10,781 bases of DNA from IMG/VR virus record IMGVR_UViG_2778261567_000015, positions 1 through 10,781 of that record; one strand, 5' to 3'. Under the pieces are notes generated by a model. That model was given only the letters and a program-made list of their open reading frames with translations, was not told the origin of the DNA and searched no databases. Shown piece by piece: positions 7,150 to 10,781 of this stretch. Origin of the DNA: a virus (Duplodnaviria; Heunggongvirae; Uroviricota; Caudoviricetes). The number at the start of each line of letters is the position of its first letter. Position 1 is the stretch's first letter. The position numbers and the translations under genes are program-made.

Positions 7150-7432
7150 AAAGGCTCCTGTAGTGAAATTAAGGAGTCTCGCTACTACGCTGCTAAACGG
7201 GGTGGCGAGACGTAACAGGGTTAGCAGACTGGCACTACAGGAACCAGCGAGCGCAAAGGCTCCCCCGTTACGCCCCGCCATAATGCGGGTATGGGTAGGT
7301 TTACGGACACAAAAAAACCGCATATCGGAATGTAAGCGGCTGTCCGCTGTAGTATTCAGGCTGCTAAACCCGGTCGCCATGTGGGCGATGGGTGAAGCAT
7401 ACAGCCCCGTGATAATTTTTTGCAAGCGGTTT
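7150..7432 (-). other. structured spacer between the Icd-like paralogs; candidate riboregulatory leader
   Basis: Open in both strands with no convincing protein. Contains two direct GCTGCTAAAC copies (7189-7198, 7360-7369) and the complementary GGGTTAGCAGAC (7218-7229); inverted CCTGTAGTG/CACTACAGG (7158-7166 / 7233-7241) overlapping the SD of the 7146 gene; weak hairpin plus 7-nt U-run on the minus strand at 7311-7339. Confidence 0.3.
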
Positions 7433-7630
7433 TTACGCATGATGTGACCCCTGACGAATACGGGCGGCAAATACAGCAACACAACCGGACGGGCAACGGT
7501 TACGCGCTTCGCGTTCCGTCCAGGCGGTTACGTGGATTATTTGAGATTCTCCGGCACTCAGTGCCAGAAAACGCCACACAAAGGCCGTTTGTGTGTGTAC
7601 AAGGTGTGGTATATGATTTACAGCAACCAT
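7433..7630 (-). CDS. Icd-like small protein, paralog 1 (65 aa)
   Basis: ATG at 7628-7630 with AGGAGCC SD; motif FVWRFLAL...TAWTEREARNR...FAARIRQG. First gene downstream of the minus-strand promoter at 7732-7761. Confidence 0.55.
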   Translation of the reverse strand: MVAVNHIPHLVHTQTAFVWRFLALSAGESQIIHVTAWTEREARNRCPSGCVAVFAARIRQGSHHA

Positions 7631-7700
7631 AACGGCTCCTAGTTTACGTTGTTGGTTAGAAGCCCCGTATGTGTTCCAGCACTGCGGGGTTTCGTCTTTT
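7585..7700. repeat. copy 1 of a ~115-bp duplicated unit (5' leader plus first codons of the Icd-like gene)
   Basis: Shares with 8330-8447 the blocks CGTTTGTGTGTGTA, CCATAA, TGGTTAGAAGCCC and a GC hairpin followed by a T-run (7663-7700), in the same order and spacing. Confidence 0.6.
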
Positions 7701-7719
7701 CTGTACCTTGCATCAACAA

Positions 7720-7802
7720 GGTGTAAGACACAATGTAAAATAACGGTGTCTTACACGTCAACCCTTCAAAATATTTTTTTTTCGTGTATATTGTCTTACA
7801 CC
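7720..7802. promoter_or_regulatory. divergent promoter pair with inverted-repeat operator
   Basis: Inverted repeat GGTGTAAGACAC (7720-7731) / GGTGTCTTACAC (7745-7756) and a third half-site TGTCTTACACC (7792-7802). Minus-strand promoter TTGACG (complement of 7756-7761) and TACATT (complement of 7732-7737). Plus-strand promoter TTCAAA (7765-7770), 16 bp, TATATT (7787-7792). Confidence 0.45.
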
Positions 7803-7822
7803 AAAAACATGAGGGGTTAAAC

Positions 7823-8002
7823 ATGGCAACGGGTCCAAAGAATGCAAAATCACAATCTGTAACTGCACGTATTGCCCATGAAATTATTGAAGGCATGGAG
7901 AACGTGAAAGAAGAAGGTGAAAGCACGGGGCAGTTTATAAACGCAGCCATGCGCGGCGAAATCAAACGCCGCCAGCGTCGCAAGGCCAAAGAATCAGAAT
8001 AA
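7823..8002 (+). CDS. ribbon-helix-helix (CopG/Arc/MetJ-type) DNA-binding protein (59 aa)
   Basis: ATG at 7823 with GAGGGG SD. Predicted beta-strand QSVTARI followed by two helices (AHEIIEGMENVKEEG, STGQFINAAMRGEI) and a basic tail. The track's GTG start at 7784 lies inside the promoter and is not favoured. Confidence 0.55.
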   Translation: MATGPKNAKSQSVTARIAHEIIEGMENVKEEGESTGQFINAAMRGEIKRRQRRKAKESE

Positions 8003-8059
8003 TCACTATCAGCGCCGTGGTGTGAGGTACTACGGCGCATTGCTTTACAGGGCAGTACC

Positions 8060-8287
8060 ATGACCAACAACACACTATCACCAATACAAGACACGCAAAC
8101 GCAAGATGATGAAATCATCCGGCAAAGGCAGTCAGAAGCCTGCGCCAGACTTGAGGAAGAACTAACCAGAACAAAAATACCACCACCAGCGCCGCGCTTA
8201 GTGCCACCAGAAAAATTTGCCCTTGAAGATTTTGTCGATAAATACCCACGGCGGCTTAAATCCGGCAAAAACCGACCGCCAGGATGA
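8060..8287 (+). CDS. hypothetical protein (75 aa), acidic N-terminus, Pro-rich centre, basic C-terminus
   Basis: ORF downstream of the RHH gene on the same strand. Weak SD (AGGG 12 nt upstream). Followed by hairpin GAAACGGA-TTAT-TCCGTTTC (8308-8327). No family recognised. Confidence 0.4.
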   Translation: MTNNTLSPIQDTQTQDDEIIRQRQSEACARLEEELTRTKIPPPAPRLVPPEKFALEDFVDKYPRRLKSGKNRPPG

Positions 8288-8329
8288 GTGCACAAAACCG
8301 AACTCTGAAACGGATTATTCCGTTTCCGG

Positions 8330-8447
8330 GGCGTTTGTGTGTGTATAAAGAGTAAGCTATGCTCTTTTATAGCCATAATCTTTACCTCAATTAATGGTTT
8401 GGTTAGAAGCCCGTTGGTGTTCATAGCGCCAGCGGGCTTTGCTTTTT
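8330..8447. repeat. copy 2 of the duplicated leader unit, carrying a remnant Icd-like start
   Basis: Same block order as 7585-7700. Minus-strand ATG at 8374-8376 with SD GAGGTA encodes MAIKEHSLLFIHTQT (compare MVAVNHIPHLVHTQTA) and then loses the Icd-like sequence. GC hairpin 8409-8437 plus T-run 8438-8447. Confidence 0.55.
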
Positions 8448-8506
8448 GTGTTGATTGTGTGTAATGTGTCACTACACATAAATACATTACATGAGGTGTA
8501 ATTAAC

Positions 8507-8686
8507 GTGTCAACACACAAAAACGAAAGGCGTGGTAATCCTCCGTTCCAGTTCCGTTTAGATCCTGACTTACGGGAAAAGATGGAAAAGGCACAACAAC
8601 ATGACGGCGATGATTCTCTTGCTGCCTGGATAAAGCGAATAATCCGCAAAGAATTACAGCAACGCGGCATAGAACCCAAAGGGTAA
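8507..8686 (+). CDS. Arc/Mnt-type ribbon-helix-helix repressor (59 aa, GTG start)
   Basis: GTG at 8507 with GAGGTG SD 8 nt upstream; stop TAA at 8684-8686. PPFQFRLDPDLREKMEKAQQ...SLAAWIKRIIRKEL resembles P22 Arc (PQFNLRWPREVLDLVRKVAEE) and Mnt (PHFNFRMPMEVREKLKFRAE). Absent from the ORF track because it is under 60 aa. Confidence 0.55.
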   Translation: MSTHKNERRGNPPFQFRLDPDLREKMEKAQQHDGDDSLAAWIKRIIRKELQQRGIEPKG

Positions 8687-8836
8687 TTACATTGCCCACC
8701 AGCCTGATAGCGGCTATCATTCCCGTGCTTATGTTTGGGATCACATACACATAAGGCGCAGCAGGTTAATTGTTCACAAGGGCGTTCCGGCAACGGGGCG
8801 CTTTTTGTTATGTTCATCGTGTTATGCCTCACACCA

Positions 8837-9043
8837 TTACGCAGCCGTTCCGCGTGCTTCCTGCTCACGTTCTTTCATCCATGCGATTACGTCTTCCTCA
8901 TACCATCCGCGACGGCGTAAACCAACGCGAAAACCCTGCGGAAATTCTCCGGCGTTGATCATGCTTTGAAGCGTGCTGTCTGCCTTGATGTAGATAAGTT
9001 TTTTTACTTCCTGGCGAAAGATGACTTTTTTGATTGCTTCCAT
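8837..9043 (-). CDS. alpA: AlpA-family phage transcriptional regulator (68 aa)
   Basis: ADSTLQSMINAGEFPQGFRVGLRRRGWYEEDVIAWMKERE fits the AlpA/Vis MerR-like HTH pattern (...GxFPKPxKLGxRxxxWxxxEVxxW). Position next to the integrase is typical. Confidence 0.75.
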   Translation of the reverse strand: MEAIKKVIFRQEVKKLIYIKADSTLQSMINAGEFPQGFRVGLRRRGWYEEDVIAWMKEREQEARGTAA

Positions 9044-9060
9044 CGTGATTTACCTTGTGA

Positions 9061-9151
9061 ATCCGGTGTATTCCGGTGACAAATACGGTAAATCATCGGA
9101 TACGGGTAAAAACAGTTCCCACCGTTTTTAAACTGTTAGAACCGTTTTTTA
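9061..9151. promoter_or_regulatory. repeat-rich region upstream of alpA (candidate operator sites)
   Basis: Direct repeats TCCGGTG (9062-9068, 9072-9078), TACGG(G)TAAA (9084-9092, 9101-9110) and ACCGTTTTT (9121-9129, 9141-9149), the last pair forming an inverted arrangement with GGTAAAAAC. Confidence 0.35.
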
Positions 9152-9176
9152 TGTTGGTGATTTGAAAGGGATTTAT

Positions 9177-9198
9177 AAAAAAAGCGGCATTTCTGCCG
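9177..9198 (-). terminator. intrinsic terminator (minus strand)
   Basis: Hairpin GCGGCA-TTTC-TGCCGC (9183-9198) followed on the minus strand by U6 (A-run 9177-9182 on plus), directly after the stop at 9211. Confidence 0.5.
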
Positions 9199-9210
9199 CT
9201 TTGAGGATTG

Positions 9211-9462
9211 TTACCGCCATTTTTTTGGCCTGCCTCCGGTCTTCATGGTTGCCGGACGAACTACCCTGTCGATACTTTCAGCCATATTCCTGGATGCCCC
9301 ACGGGATACCAGGAAATCTACTACCTGTTTTTTTGATGGGGCCGTCGTTCTGTCCTCCGGATCGTAGGTTGACCAAAATTCATGCTGAACCATCAGGGCC
9401 AGTTGCAGCCCGTCGCAATTGCATCTGAAATTTTTTTGCATCTTAACGGTTTCATGTTTCAC
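9211..9462 (-). CDS. hypothetical protein (up to 83 aa), doubtful
   Basis: ORF between int and alpA ending just before a terminator, but GTG start with weak SD and no recognisable family. Confidence 0.3.
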   Translation of the reverse strand: MKHETVKMQKNFRCNCDGLQLALMVQHEFWSTYDPEDRTTAPSKKQVVDFLVSRGASRNMAESIDRVVRPATMKTGGRPKKWR

Positions 9463-9539
9463 GGCCTTGTCGTTAAATTTGATGCAATTATACGACGGTT
9501 TTACATGGTTTTCGTAGTTTTTACTGGTTTTCTGTACAG

Positions 9540-10781
9540 CTAAACGGCTCGGATACCCCTTTTACCACTGGCGAGGGTTACGCCCGTCGCCGCAGCCTCG
9601 ACAAATTCGCCCCACCAGCGCATAAGCACCACGCGTTTTTCTATGTAGTTGCTCCGGTTGTATGCCCGTCTCACTTCGTTAGTGTCGACGTGGGCAAGTG
9701 CGGCCTCGATTACGTCCGGCTCGAATCCTTCCTCGTTCGCTGCTGTACTGAATATGGCGCGTAATCCATGAGACACCAGCACGCCAGCGAACCCCATGCG
9801 TCGTAATGCTGCGTTTGCTGTCTGGCTGTTCATTGGCTGCCGTGGGTCTTTCAGACTCGGGAAAACATAATCGCGGTGGTGGCTGATTGGTTTCATGGCC
9901 TCCAGCACCGCCATAGCCTGACCGGAAAGTGGGATAACGTGATCCCTGCGCATCTTCATGCGTCCGGCGGGTATCGTCCAGCGTTGCGCGTCCAGGTCGA
10001 TTTCATCCTACCGCGTTGATGACGCTTCGGCGGGACGGGTTACGGTCAGTAACTGCCATTCAATCAGTAATCTGGTCTGCCGTTCTGTTGCCGATACTGA
10101 TAAAGCCTGCATAAGCTCCGGCAACTGTTCGGGGCGGATTGTTGGCATATGTTTTTTTACAGGGGAGGGGAACGCCTTACGCACATTCATAGCCGGATTG
10201 GCATCAATCAGCCCACTGTTGGCGGCGTAATCCATTACCTCATTAACGCGCTGTAAAACCCGTTTGAGTGTTTCCAGGTTGCCGCGCTCCTTGATGGGGG
10301 TAAGCACCTCAACGAACCTGCGAGCGGTCAGGGTGTCTATTGGGGTGTTGCCGATGAACGGGAATACATATTTATCCAGCGATCGCCAGATGTCTTTAAT
10401 CGTGTTGGGGGCCAGATTCTGGCTGATTTTCACCTGGTACCATGCCGCCGCCACATTTTCGAACGTGTTCCCTTGTCTTCGGGCCTCTGCCTCTCGTTTT
10501 TTCTTCTCATGGCCCTGCGGGTCAGTTCCGGCACTGATTAACGCTCTGTACTCGCTACGGCGTTTTCTGGCATCAGCCAGGGAAACATCATCAAGCGATC
10601 CAAAACTCAGCAATATTCTTTTTTTGTCCGATGGCCGGTAGTAGGAAAATCGCCAGAGTTTTGATCCGGACGGTTTGACCAGGAGAAAAAGCCCTCCGCC
10701 GTCCTGTAGGGTGTATTCCTTTTCCGCTGGTCTGGCTGCTTTGATCTGCACCGTGGTTAATGGGGGTGTTTTTCTCGCCAT
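9540..10781 (-). pseudogene. int: P4-type tyrosine integrase interrupted by a single in-frame TAG
   Basis: N-terminal ORF 10011-10781 (GGGLFLLVKPSGSKLWRFSYY...) and C-terminal ORF 9540-9959 (HGLRAIF, RRAYNRSNY) are in the same frame, separated only by TAG (complement of 10008-10010). Read-through gives ...SSTR*DEIDLDAQRWTIPAGRMK..., where related integrases usually have Trp, consistent with TGG to TAG. Start codon is at the window edge. Confidence 0.75.

Noticed and set aside
6979-7482. 167-aa track ORF fusing an upstream extension to the Icd-like paralog
   Set aside because: The paralog has its own strong SD and ATG at 7146 and aligns with paralog 1 from that Met. The upstream 300 nt is open in both strands and full of nucleotide-level repeats, so it is treated as regulatory.
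7586-7600. GT-rich motif CGTTTGTGTGTGTA (also at 8332-8345) as a possible antisense-RNA target
   Set aside because: It is the coding sequence for VHTQTA/IHTQT at the start of the Icd-like genes on the opposite strand; its repetition is explained by the gene duplication.
7639-8868. 409-aa minus-strand ORF spanning the regulatory region
   Set aside because: Cys/Ser-rich, low-complexity translation; runs antisense through two plus-strand genes with good start signals and across promoters and terminators. Only its segment near 8376 resembles an Icd-like start (recorded as a remnant).
9162-9428. Plus-strand 88-aa ORF opposite the doubtful 83-aa ORF
   Set aside because: Cys/Pro-rich translation and no start signal; the minus-strand ORF is the better (still weak) candidate because it ends just before a terminator.

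Overview
The window is almost entirely one mobile island with a phage-satellite (PICI-like) architecture, with nearly all core genes on the minus strand. All family assignments are from reading the translations and from recalled reference sequences (phage lambda ends, Nu1, gpE, gpD, Arc/Mnt, SSB); no search was run. Reading right to left: a P4-type tyrosine integrase interrupted by one in-frame TAG, a doubtful small ORF, an AlpA-type regulator, and a dense regulatory region with two plus-strand ribbon-helix-helix (RHH) genes divergent from Icd-like genes. Then come four coupled small acidic proteins, a RepA/DnaB-type replication ATPase followed by an iteron array, SSB, a PerC-like regulator and tandem terminators. 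The left end is a morphogenesis and packaging block: a 68-aa ORF, a lambda gpE-like major capsid protein, a gpD-like decoration protein, a Nu1-like small terminase bracketed by two inverted lambda-type cos sites, and a 93-aa ORF. No tRNA, rRNA, CRISPR array or IS element was seen. The most interesting candidates are the inverted cos pair and the duplicated RHH / Icd-like switch region with its unclassifiable plus-strand cargo ORF.
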